A DNA stretch of 51,886 nt, counting the filler, from Candidatus Omnitrophota bacterium (GTDB lineage Bacteria > Omnitrophota > Gorgyraeia > Zapsychrales > JBDRMG01), in assembly GCA_043812495.1 (NCBI GenBank). It is 3 parts of 3 records of this genome, joined end to end, with 100 filler letters (N's around TTAATTAATTAA, not from the genome) between each part and the next. Parts side by side here need not be neighbours in the genome. Positions count along the whole stretch, not along the records: positions 19,059 to 42,840 come from JBDRMG010000062.1; positions 42,941 to 51,886 come from JBDRMG010000065.1; 1 more part is not named here. One strand, 5' to 3'. The position numbers and the translations under genes are program-made. Every line of letters starts with the position of its first letter. Position 1 is the first letter of the stretch. Shown here piece by piece: positions 36,315 to 45,900 of the stretch. The notes beneath the pieces are model-generated. The model did no database searches, was not told where the DNA came from, and saw only the letters and a program-made list of their open reading frames with translations.

Positions 36315-36977
36315 ATGAAAAAGATAATATTATTCATTATCCTATCATTCTTAACAGCATCAGTCGCTTATTGCCAAGACCAGCCTCTACAAATTACTAT
36401 CAAATCAAATAAGCAAGTGTATGAGGTGGGGGAGGAAATTTTGATTGAATTAAAAGTAGTGAATATCGGCAATAAAGAAGCGATGGTTCTAAAAGATATT
36501 TTATGGCAAGAGGATGCGTTGTTTTCTTTAAGAAAAATAACAGATTCGAAATTTATTGATATTCCATTAACTATAAAAGAGCCGACACGAACAGGGCTTT
36601 ACGAGCACGATTTTCAATTATTAGCCTCGAAAGAGAGCGTTCAATTTGAAAATACCGTCCTAAATTATTATATTGGTAACGACACAATATTGCCAGCAGG
36701 AACTTACCAGATTACAGTTAGCTATCGCCTATCTCTCAATGCCAAGAAGCTTAGTGATAAAATATTTACAGGTACCTTAATCTCCAACGCCATCCAGATA
36801 GAGGTGGTGGGGAAAGAATCATCAGAAAAGCTACCACACATGATGGAGGGTTGGGATTTATATAGCTGGGAGATAGGCAATGAATGGTATTTTACTCTTA
36901 TTCCAGGCACTAATCGTTTGAAATCTTATGAAGATTTTGTCAAAGCAAAATCCGAATTCGTGGGACACAATACTTGA
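36315..36977 (+). CDS. Secreted modular hypothetical protein (possibly 3'-truncated)
   Basis: Same leader and RBS as the previous gene, one beta-rich module, then a second domain that ends abruptly. Confidence 0.75.
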   Translation: MKKIILFIILSFLTASVAYCQDQPLQITIKSNKQVYEVGEEILIELKVVNIGNKEAMVLKDILWQEDALFSLRKITDSKFIDIPLTIKEPTRTGLYEHDFQLLASKESVQFENTVLNYYIGNDTILPAGTYQITVSYRLSLNAKKLSDKIFTGTLISNAIQIEVVGKESSEKLPHMMEGWDLYSWEIGNEWYFTLIPGTNRLKSYEDFVKAKSEFVGHNT

Positions 36978-37038
36978 TTGTTCATTTAAGCACCAGTTAG
37001 ATCAAAATCTAATCTTTCATCTGCTAAAAACGTACGAT

Positions 37039-37135
37039 AATCGTTGATGAACCGGCCCTTTTGTTGCAACCAATTAAAATCATTTGGTTTGCAACAAAAT
37101 AAACCTTCGTGGACGGTTATGTGTAGTTTCGAACT
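37039..37135. repeat. 97-bp direct repeat 1 (internal palindrome)
   Basis: AATCGTTGAT...TTTTGTTGCAA..TTGCAACAAAA...GTTATGTGTAGTTTCGAACT; ~75% identical (manual count) to 37753-37849. Confidence 0.8.
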
Positions 37136-37161
37136 TTATGTTCTTCCCTTTTAAATATTCC

Positions 37162-37206
37162 TTGTAAATTAATTATTAATGCAGTATACTTTTGTATATA
37201 CAAAAG
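37162..37206 (+). promoter_or_regulatory. TA promoter with palindromic operator
   Basis: TTGTAA-17-TATACT overlapped by the perfect palindrome CTTTTGTATATACAAAAG (37189-37206). Confidence 0.7.
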
Positions 37207-37213
37207 GTTATAT

Positions 37214-37489
37214 ATGCAAGAGCCAATAAAAGAGTTTAGATGGGACATGCTTAAGAGCCAAAGGCTTAAAAGAACAAGAGGCGCCTCATTTGAAGATATT
37301 ATCAGCAATTCAAAGATTTTGGATATTATCAATCATCCACAACGTGCGGACCAAAGAATGTTAGTTTGTTGGTATAAAAATTATGTTTGGCTTGTGCCTT
37401 TTGTTGTGGAGGAAGAGTTTTATTTCTTAAAAACTCTTTATGCAAGCAGAAAATTAACTAAGATTTATAAAAAAGGGGAACTGTTATGA
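37214..37489 (+). CDS. BrnT-like type II toxin
   Basis: FRWD..KS..LK..RG.SFE N-terminus, LKT...SRK C-terminus. Confidence 0.8.
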   Translation: MQEPIKEFRWDMLKSQRLKRTRGASFEDIISNSKILDIINHPQRADQRMLVCWYKNYVWLVPFVVEEEFYFLKTLYASRKLTKIYKKGELL

Positions 37490-37737
37490 GAAATATAAAA
37501 TTAACACCTGAAGAAAAAAGAATTGAAGATGCTCTTATAAGAGGCGAGTATAAAAAAGTATCACAAAAAGAATTTGATGAGATTGCACAAGCGATAGAAC
37601 GCAGGAAAAAAGATACTGTCTTAAATATAAGAGTAAATAGCTATGATTTGGAAAGTATAAAGCAAAAAGCTAAAAGATACGGAGTAAAGTATCAGACTTT
37701 TATTTCTGAGTTTATCCATAAATTAGCTAAAGGTTAA
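37486..37737 (+). CDS. CopG/BrnA-like RHH antitoxin
   Basis: LNIRV...DL..IK.KA...G..YQT.I...IH; ATGA overlap with the toxin. Confidence 0.8.
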   Translation: MRNIKLTPEEKRIEDALIRGEYKKVSQKEFDEIAQAIERRKKDTVLNIRVNSYDLESIKQKAKRYGVKYQTFISEFIHKLAKG

Positions 37738-37752
37738 TTAAACTAGTTCTAA

Positions 37753-37849
37753 AATCGTTGATAAAGCGACTCTTTTCTCGCAAGTGATTGTTATCATTTG
37801 ATTTGCCAAGAAAATAGCCCTGACGAGACGTTATGCATAGTTTCGAACT
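37753..37849. repeat. 97-bp direct repeat 2 (internal palindrome)
   Basis: AATCGTTGAT...TTTTCTCGCAA..TTGCCAAGAAAA...GTTATGCATAGTTTCGAACT. Confidence 0.8.
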
Positions 37850-38718
37850 CTAATTATCCTTCACAGCGTAATTATTGCTTTTATTTTGTGTTTCAGCGGA
37901 TTTGCCCTTGCGGACTACGAAGCTTCAAACCGTGTCTATGTTAAATCTTCTGAATATGGCCGTTTGTATGCTAAATGCATTCCGGATGAGCCGTACGGCT
38001 CTAATAAAGGCAAAACATTGATCTTTCTGTTAACCCCAAAGACGGTACCGAGCAGCTTATTACCACTTATGATTGGTATTCTCAAGAAATATATCTTTTA
38101 CACAATGGCGCCTTAGTGAGAATGGGCCCTTGGGCGCGCGGCCGCAAAGCGAATAAAGAGGATCTAGCCATTGGTTTCTACAGTGGAGGTCTTACGCTTA
38201 AAGAATACTCCACATTAGATATTGCGAGTAGCGAGGATAATGTATGGACAAGCGTATCTCATTACCGTGTCTTTGATAAAATCCTGGGATTTCGTATAGA
38301 AGGCGGAGATGATGCCATTTTAGATAATGAATATTTCGTCTTTGAGGCAGAGACGATTGACGGCCGAAAGCTTGTCTTTAATGTGCGCTCTGGAGCAATT
38401 CAAACTACTCAATCACCCGTAGAAAAATCATTTAAAGACAAATTTGAGCAAATAAATGCTGGAATGACCAGAGAAGAAGTGCGAAAGCTTTTAGGCGTCC
38501 CCAATAGAACTTCCGATGCCATTGTTCCGGATGGACCCTTTTAGGGACCCCAAGAAGGGTTGCTTAATATTCTCGGTCCCCAAAAAGCATATGAAGAATG
38601 GGAATATATCGACGGAAAAAAGACTTACCTGGTATGGTTTAGCGCGAAAGATGACAAGCCTAAAAAAGAATGGAAGGTCGTTGCTAAGGCCTCATATCCG
38701 ACAGACGCAGTGTTTTAA
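37841..38718 (+). pseudogene. Disrupted secreted protein gene with a GMTREEV..LLG.P (SmpA/OmlA-like) motif
   Basis: A signal-like segment has no in-frame start (TAG at 37838-37840 inside repeat 2). A 1-nt frameshift near 38025 joins KGKTLIF to SVNPKDG...LVRMGPW. After an in-frame TAG at 38542-38544 the frame continues to TAA 38718. Confidence 0.7.
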
Positions 38719-38937
38719 GTCAGCGGGATTTCCTCTCCTATAAATGCGGGGGAATTTGTTGTTCAAATGAACGACCATATCGGTAATTTTATAGAATCTT
38801 GCGGCGAAGAGGAAATAAATCTTGGAAATGTTTTTGATGCCCATTGCCCTTGCATCTGTTGCAAGAAACCCTGAAGTGCGGTTATCAAAGAAGAAGAATT
38901 GACGTCAAAGTCTATCAATGGGAGTGAAAGGACAGAA

Positions 38938-39546
38938 ATGAAAGAACTCATCGTTGCCACCCGCAACAAGAAGAAACTTCAAGAGATCAGGGTGCTTTTG
39001 GCGGATATGGATTTAGCCATTACCTCTTTGGCGGATTATCCGGATTTGCCCCAAATCGAAGAAGACGGAAAGACCTTCACTCAAAACGCTATTAAGAAAG
39101 CCGCTTCGATTGCCATGGCCACAAAAAAGCTTACTATGGGAGAGGATTCGGGGCTTGAGGTCAAGGCCTTAGGGAACGCACCCGGCGTTTATTCGGCGAG
39201 ATTTTCCGGCGCGAACGCAAATGACAAAAAAAATAATGCCAAACTCTTGCGTTCCCTCAAAGATGTTCCTCTTAAAAAAAGACAGGCCCGCTATCGATGT
39301 CACGTTGCTCTTGCCGACGCGCACGGCCTCATTGATGTGGTCAGCGCCAGCTGCAGCGGCCTGATCGCTTCAAAATCAAAAGGAAAAAACGGATTCGGTT
39401 ACGATCCCCTCTTTATCATCCCGCGGTTTCAAAAAACTTTTGGCGAGCTAGATCCTGTCATCAAAGCCAGAATCAGCCACCGGTCCCGCGCCCTCAAGAA
39501 ATTCAAAAAGGTTATTCAAAAATATTTTGAAGGGTATCGAGGATAA
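38938..39546 (+). CDS. rdgB: Non-canonical purine NTP pyrophosphatase
   Basis: ATRNKKK, EDSGL, APGVYSAR, GFGYDP, SHR. Confidence 0.96.
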   Translation: MKELIVATRNKKKLQEIRVLLADMDLAITSLADYPDLPQIEEDGKTFTQNAIKKAASIAMATKKLTMGEDSGLEVKALGNAPGVYSARFSGANANDKKNNAKLLRSLKDVPLKKRQARYRCHVALADAHGLIDVVSASCSGLIASKSKGKNGFGYDPLFIIPRFQKTFGELDPVIKARISHRSRALKKFKKVIQKYFEGYRG

Positions 39547-42337
39547 AATCTCCGGCCCGCTTGATGACATCGACGGACTCAGGGATCACCAGGTACCTGG
39601 GTTCTTTGAGTGTTCCGGTGAGGCGAATGGTGAGATAATTATCGGTTTGGGTGAGGACGGCCGTAATGATTTTCTTCAAAGACTCCGAACGCGCGATGGT
39701 TTCTTCGCTGAAGCGCGAGAAAAGATAGAAATTCAGATTTCCCGCAAAATCCAACCATCCCCGGCAAAGCATCGTCATGGGCCGGCTTTTGAGCTCAAGA
39801 TCGTCGATCAAAATCCGTTGCTTTTCGATGACAAAATTTCCGGCGGCGTCTTTAAATGTAATATCGGCGTATTCGGGAATCAACAGAAATTTTCCAAAAT
39901 TATCCAGAAGATTAAGTCTCCAGAGGCGGCCGTCCCGGATGGCCGCGGACCCGTTACCCCGCAGGGTGTCCGGTTCTTTGAGAAGACCGGCGAGGGACGT
40001 TTGTCCGGAGAGGATTCCCTGAAATTCTTTGTCTTTTAAATTCAAATCCTTTTTGAGTTCGCCCAAGTCCACCTTTTCAACTTCGAGAACAGCTGAAACA
40101 GGGATATCTTTTTGCGCAAGATCAAAAGAAGATTTGAGCACAATGCTTCCTTTATAGGCTGTCGCGAGCAAATCCAGCTGATGAAAGTTGGAGCTCAAGG
40201 GTTCGAGTTTCATATTGCTGATCTTCGCTTTGTATCCGTTTAAAGAGATTTCCGGGCTTTTGACAACGGCTGAGATTTGCCAATGCGGCCAATCGTTGAC
40301 TTGACCGATGAAGGAACCGGAAATAGAGCAAATCCCTTTTGGCGCAAGGGCTTTAAAACGATCCTCTTGCCCGGGAAAAAGCTGACCGAGGTCTGCAAGA
40401 TCAACATTCAAGTCGCCGGCCAAATCTAGCTGGATATCATCACTCGGATAACGGACATACCCTTGAACGTCAAAGGTTGAATTGTAGTAATTTCCCAAAA
40501 GCGAAGTGATGTTAAAGGCATTCCTCAAAATATCAAGATCCGCTGAAAGATTTAAATGATCCGACGTGAGGGTTGTCTGGAGCTTCGGCTTTTCAAATCT
40601 TTTCATTGAGCCGTTGAGCAAATATTTCGTGTCTTTGAAGTTGAGCGAAAAATTATTCCAACTCAGGCGATTATTGGCGTATTCAAGCTCACCGGCGATT
40701 TTTGTTAAAGGGGCGGGCAGCTTGGATGCCGCGAGGGAGGCATTGCGGATGAGCGCCTTGGCCTGGATCACGGGGACTATTTTGGGAACATCGGGCGCGC
40801 CGTCGTAAGAAAACGAAACTTGCGCCTCTCCCGACAAATCGATGCGCTCTTTTGTGAATATTTCGGGAAAAAACGCCGCCAAATTTTTCAAATCGACTTC
40901 GGATTTTGCCTCAAAACGTATGTATGGTTTTTTAAGATCCTCAATAGCGGCCGAGGAATGAATCAGGGTATCGTACATCTGAAAAGACAAATCTTTCCAA
41001 GTGATTTTGTTTTGTGAATATTTGACGCCGCCCGCGATATCGGAAAGCAAAGCAGGAAGCCTTTTGGCTTTGAGCGTTCCTTTTTCAATTTGAGCGACGA
41101 GATCGATGGAAGGAGTCGGAGATTTGGCCGGATCGATTTTATAATTCACGTTGAGTGCGGCCAGCCCGGAGGTTTCGATCTGCTCTTTCTTGAAAAAGTC
41201 CGGAAAGAAAATGTTGAGCTTCGGAAGCTCGATGGAAGAGTTAAGCGTTGCCTCGATGATCGGATTCTGGAAATTACGCAGGGTGCCGTTGAGTTCAAAG
41301 AGCGTATCGATGGTTTTGCCTTTTAGGGACTCGGCCGTCAGCTCGTTTTCTTTAAAATAGAGGATTCCCTTGATATCCGTGACGGTATCAACAATCGGGA
41401 TTCCCGCAAGACGGCCTTGTCTGGGCCGAACAGCGCCTTGATAAATCAATTTCTTCTCACGCGTTGGATCAAAGTCCAAATCAAATCGGACCGTGGGGTT
41501 GCCGGTAAATGTCCACTTGTCATCAAAAGTTGCCTGAAGATCTTTGATAGAAGAAATGCTGTTAACTTTGACATGATGGTTTTGATAGCGGACGACAAGG
41601 TCGCTTGTGTCCATGAAGGCATGATCCAGACGGACGCGCGAAAGATCAAAATAGAGCGACAAGTATTTAACTAAATTGATATTCTTAATATGGACTTCGC
41701 TATTCACTTGTTGTGACAAAGGATCAAAATCGCCCGACGCCGTCAGATAAGAAAGCTTCTCCTTGCTGCGGCCCGCTTCCAGCGAGAACGACGCGCGTTT
41801 TTTAAGCAGCAAATTTGCTTTGATGTTGACATTTTCGATCAATTCGCCGTATTCGGGATAAAGCATTCGATCCGTGATCTGGATAGCCGAATCCGTAACG
41901 GACAAACGCCCCAGGATCAAAGACGGCAGGGTTGTTTTTTTGTCTTTCTCGCCGGCCGGCAATAAATCGCTAAAGTTCCATCCGCTTTGTTTTTTGCGGA
42001 TCAAGCGGATATAAACGCGGTCCAGCGACAAAGAAGGAATAACGATATTGCGATTCTGCAAGAAGGATAAAAACAGGACATTAAAAGAGATCCGGTCGAC
42101 ATGAAGAAAAATGTCTTTTCTGGACGCGTCTTCAAATATAATGAGATGACGCAGATCAAAACCTTTAATCGGGTTGAATTTGAGGGATTCGATGCTCACC
42201 GGGCGCCTGAGGATCCGTTCGGCCTTTTGGATTACCATTTGCTTCAGGCGGATGGGAAAGTACGTCTTCTTCGCATAGAAAAGAAGAGCGAGAACAATCG
42301 CCGTAAGGGCCGTTAGAAAAAGGAAGAACCTTCGCAT
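39512..42337 (-). CDS. AsmA-family (bridge-like lipid transfer) protein
   Basis: N-terminal TM anchor, GWNFSDL, repeated beta-rich segments, C-terminal L.GTL.EP. Confidence 0.85.
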   Translation of the reverse strand: MRRFFLFLTALTAIVLALLFYAKKTYFPIRLKQMVIQKAERILRRPVSIESLKFNPIKGFDLRHLIIFEDASRKDIFLHVDRISFNVLFLSFLQNRNIVIPSLSLDRVYIRLIRKKQSGWNFSDLLPAGEKDKKTTLPSLILGRLSVTDSAIQITDRMLYPEYGELIENVNIKANLLLKKRASFSLEAGRSKEKLSYLTASGDFDPLSQQVNSEVHIKNINLVKYLSLYFDLSRVRLDHAFMDTSDLVVRYQNHHVKVNSISSIKDLQATFDDKWTFTGNPTVRFDLDFDPTREKKLIYQGAVRPRQGRLAGIPIVDTVTDIKGILYFKENELTAESLKGKTIDTLFELNGTLRNFQNPIIEATLNSSIELPKLNIFFPDFFKKEQIETSGLAALNVNYKIDPAKSPTPSIDLVAQIEKGTLKAKRLPALLSDIAGGVKYSQNKITWKDLSFQMYDTLIHSSAAIEDLKKPYIRFEAKSEVDLKNLAAFFPEIFTKERIDLSGEAQVSFSYDGAPDVPKIVPVIQAKALIRNASLAASKLPAPLTKIAGELEYANNRLSWNNFSLNFKDTKYLLNGSMKRFEKPKLQTTLTSDHLNLSADLDILRNAFNITSLLGNYYNSTFDVQGYVRYPSDDIQLDLAGDLNVDLADLGQLFPGQEDRFKALAPKGICSISGSFIGQVNDWPHWQISAVVKSPEISLNGYKAKISNMKLEPLSSNFHQLDLLATAYKGSIVLKSSFDLAQKDIPVSAVLEVEKVDLGELKKDLNLKDKEFQGILSGQTSLAGLLKEPDTLRGNGSAAIRDGRLWRLNLLDNFGKFLLIPEYADITFKDAAGNFVIEKQRILIDDLELKSRPMTMLCRGWLDFAGNLNFYLFSRFSEETIARSESLKKIITAVLTQTDNYLTIRLTGTLKEPRYLVIPESVDVIKRAGDFILDTLQNIFE

Positions 42338-42391
42338 ATCAGATATTATATCGGAATTCGCTGGAATCAAGAAGAAAGTTCATAACAAAAT

Positions 42392-42421
42392 TTGCACTCG
42401 GCCTAAAGGGCGTGGTATACT
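42392..42421 (+). promoter_or_regulatory. sigma70-type promoter for the tRNA
   Basis: TTGCAC-18 bp-TATACT with extended -10 TGn, 38 nt before the tRNA start. Confidence 0.65.
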
Positions 42422-42458
42422 AGGCTGGTTTTTAGCTCGATTAGTTCCTGCCATTTCT

Positions 42459-42477
42459 CGGGGCGTAGCGCAGCTTG
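42459..42477 (+). tRNA. tRNA-Pro-like 5' fragment (acceptor strand and D-arm start), interrupted in the D-loop
   Basis: CGGGGCGTAGCGCAGCTTG matches the bacterial tRNA-Pro 5' end. No anticodon or T arm occurs before the contig end. Confidence 0.65.
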
Positions 42478-42542
42478 CCCGCCACTAAAACGTTGGCGGG
42501 CATCCGCCGACGATTTAATGGCGGATGGCTTTGTTTAAGAAA

Positions 42543-42704
42543 ATGTATGTTTACATTATTAGAAGCAAGAAGATTGGCCGACTTTATATCGGTACAGCGA
42601 AAAATGTCAGTGTAAGGTTGCAGCAGCATAACAGAGGGGAGAATGAGTCAACGAAAGCATACAGACCGTGGGAATTAGTTAGAAAAGAAGAATATTTAAA
42701 TTAG
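42543..42704 (+). pseudogene. GIY-YIG nuclease, truncated by IS insertion
   Basis: MYVYIIRSKKIGRLYIGTAKNVSVRLQQHNRG...TKAYRPWELVRKEEYLN* (53 aa). The C-terminal catalytic-Glu helix is missing and the stop lies at the IS end. Confidence 0.85.
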
Positions 42705-42840
42705 GACTTTCGCGTTTCAAGATAAAAAGGCCATAATGGCCGAACGAGCGATAGACCATTTTTGTTGATACCAAGAAAGACCCGTTTTAATGCGTTGCCA
42801 TTCTAATTTTATGAAGGCCAAAAACGCACACAAAATATGA
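42702..42840 (-). mobile_element. IS701-family transposase 3' end with terminal IR
   Basis: Minus strand HILCAFLAFIKLEWQRIKTGLSWYQQKWSIARSAIMAFLS* (42717-42839). The end TAGGACTTTCGC resembles IS701-type IRs at an NTAG target. Confidence 0.75.
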
Positions 42841-42940
42841 NNNNNNNNNNNNNNNNNNNNNNNNNNNNNNNNNNNNNNNNNNNNTTAATTAATTAANNNN
42901 NNNNNNNNNNNNNNNNNNNNNNNNNNNNNNNNNNNNNNNN
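42841..42940. other. Artificial contig spacer
   Basis: 100 nt of N with central TTAATTAATTAA. Confidence 0.97.
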
Positions 42941-42942
42941 AG

Positions 42943-45900
42943 TGGATGATGTGGGTGTTCGTCCCAGTTGCTGTAATACTTATCATCATGGGGCTTATGA
43001 CGATATTTAAGCCATTTAAGAAAAGAGTGAAAGCCTTCGCAACAGCCTTATTACATGAAGAGATTTACTCTATTCCTGGCGAAGATTGGTATATCGGTCC
43101 TGAGGAATCATTAGCATATCTGGATGCGAAACTCAAAGCCATATGCATAGTATTAGATTCTAAAAATAATTATTCCTCCCGGGCTAAGGAAGCAGCATTA
43201 GGATCATTGAGTCATTTATTAGACAGGACTTCCATCCATAATAGGGGGCATGAAAATATCCCTATGGCCAAGGCTGCTATTATTGTTTTAGGCAGGTTAT
43301 CAGCTGAGGATGGGAAATTGGCATTTGATTGCGGAGAAGGCAAGGAATCTATTTATAAATCTGCAGTCGCTTCTGTTAATGACTTGATGAATCAAAAAGA
43401 AAATAATTATGCCAAATTAATAGCTCTTGGAATTGTGTTAACTCATCCGACATGGGAAGAAGATAATGTCATCAAGCAAAAGGCATCGGAGGCATTAGAG
43501 CTTTATCTTGGCAAAGAAGGAAAAGAGGGTGAGCTTGCAGGAAAGATTAAGCAAGAGGTAGCTAAACCTTCAGACAATTTCTCTCTGCCACAGGAAATCA
43601 GCGCTAGAGGTTCATTGATTGCCGGGTTGATTTCATTAGCCATAGGAATAGCGCTATACCTTTTTACGCTGGAGCCCGTCCTTTTAATGGATTCATTGGC
43701 AATGTGGATCTCTTTAATAGCAGCAGGAATATATTTTCTTCAGGCTTTGGATTTGTCTGGCCTGTCCTATAAAATAAAAGCTTTAAAAATTAACCACAAA
43801 TTAATCGCTCCTTTCAAAGACGCCTTGCATTCAGAGGCCCATGAGAAGGCCATAACCTATGTCAAAGGTCAAAAATTATATGTCAACAAAACCAAAATGG
43901 CTCAAAGGCCACAGGCCTTACAGTATTTTTATTATGCACATGAGTTGATTCATATTGAACTTTCAGATGACGGAAAGCCCATAACCAGCCTTGCAAGGAT
44001 AATGCAAGAATTTGTTGGCTATCTGGCACAGCCCTTCGCTGGTTTATTCGTTATCCTTTATGCTGTAATCCAAGGACTTGTAAGACTTGTTATAAGGCCG
44101 GAATATTCTTTCTGGCACAAGATCGAGAATTGGCTTGAAGCAATTTCCATGGGGGGTTTGGCTTTGGCCCTCTTGTGCTGGGTGATGATTGCCTTTGGAC
44201 TTCTGCTTGGAGTGCCCGCATATCTTAATACTAATATCAATGCTTTAGAAGCCAGATATCGTACAGCTTCAGAAAATAAATATTTCAATATTCCAAGTGA
44301 GTTAAAGGCGTTTCTCGTAAGAAAGGTATTGCTTTCAGATTTGAAAGGTTTAAGCAAAGACGAAATAGAGGAACTAGCCATCGAATCTTTAAGAGAACAA
44401 GATAGAGAATCTTTCGACGATATGTGGGTATTTCCCGCATATAAATCGTTGGAATATTTAGAAAAGAAAATCGCTGCTATATATACAGTTCTCGATTCGC
44501 CTGAAAAGTATAACGTTAGATCGAGAATCTTAGCCGTCGAAAAGCTTGCACACCTGTTGGATCCAAATTCTCGACACAACAAGGAGCATGACAATGTTCC
44601 CATGGCCAAAGCAGCCATCGTTGTCTTAGGCAAATTACCGGTCGATGACAGAAAACTTGCCTTTGAATACGGCGACAAAAAAGGATCCATTTATAGTTAT
44701 GCTATTTCTGCCGTAAACTTTTTACTTTCGCAAGAGGAGAATAATTATTCTAAACTTTTAGCTATCGGGATCATATTAACGCACCCCTGCTGGGAAGATA
44801 ACCAAGACGCAAGAAGCAACGCCCTGAATGCCTTAGGCCATTACCTGAAACTCGAAGGTGGGGAAGGCGTATTGGCAAGACAAATTGAAGAACAAAAGAA
44901 TGTTCCATTTTCCCGGCCTTCCCCAATGATCAAGTGGCATGATCCCCTGGAAGATGCTGATTCCATCAAAGACGTTGAGCGGGACCTCAAGGGTGAGTAC
45001 GCCTTGGATAGCGATGGCGTGATCCGAAGCCTTATCCGCGATGGAAGAATCATTGAAATTGCTTATAACGACAGAGAAGGAAAGCTTTTTGCCTACCAGG
45101 TGCGTTATGTGAAAGGTTATAAGCCCGGCATGACTCCGGTCTCAGCCTATAGAGGTCAAGATGAAAACATCAATGATCTTTTGAACCATGAGCAGCAAAA
45201 GGCGCTTATCGATTGGTTAAAAGAAAATAAGATTAGAGGTTCTTTCATCCGATTGAGGGTTGTGCAAAATAGTCTTTTCTTGAACTGGCAAAAAGATATC
45301 AACCATTCCAATATTGCCCATGCGAGCTATAGCGATGTTGCCATTTATATCGGGGAACATCTCTTAAGCACGATCCTAGCCAATGAGTCCTTGCGCACCA
45401 AGATCCTTGACCAAGACGAAGTGTTGCACTTGAAAGATAGAGACTTTAGACATTCGATTGATGCTCAATTGCTCAGCGAGCTTGCGTCTATTCCAAGAGG
45501 AGGGGCTAGATCCGTATTCCTTCATTCTCTCACCGAGCGATTACAGGCCAACGGAGATATCAATTATTGGGACAATGAAATAAGCAAGGCGGCAGAAAAA
45601 GACCCTCAACAAAGCTTCTCCGTTAACATACTATTTCACCGCGGGCAAAACGAACTTAAGTTCTTGCCGCTTGCTATTCCACGCTTATTGGCCAACAAAA
45701 ATAATTGGCCACTTCTCATCAGATATGTTACAGCCACCATTTATAATTTTGCCGTATGCGAAGGCGCAGAGAATATCATTATCTCTACAGAAGAAAATGG
45801 TTTAGAAGAAAAACTTATTGCGGATATTCAAGGAGAGATAAAACACAGCTATAAGCGATTTTCCGTCTACGCAAACTTCGGACGCCCTGTCACGGTGTCC

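Noticed and set aside
38542..38544. In-frame TAG as stop-codon readthrough or recoding
   Set aside because: The same gene also has a frameshift and a lost start, and TAG terminates intact genes in the window (e.g. queE), so decay is the simpler explanation.
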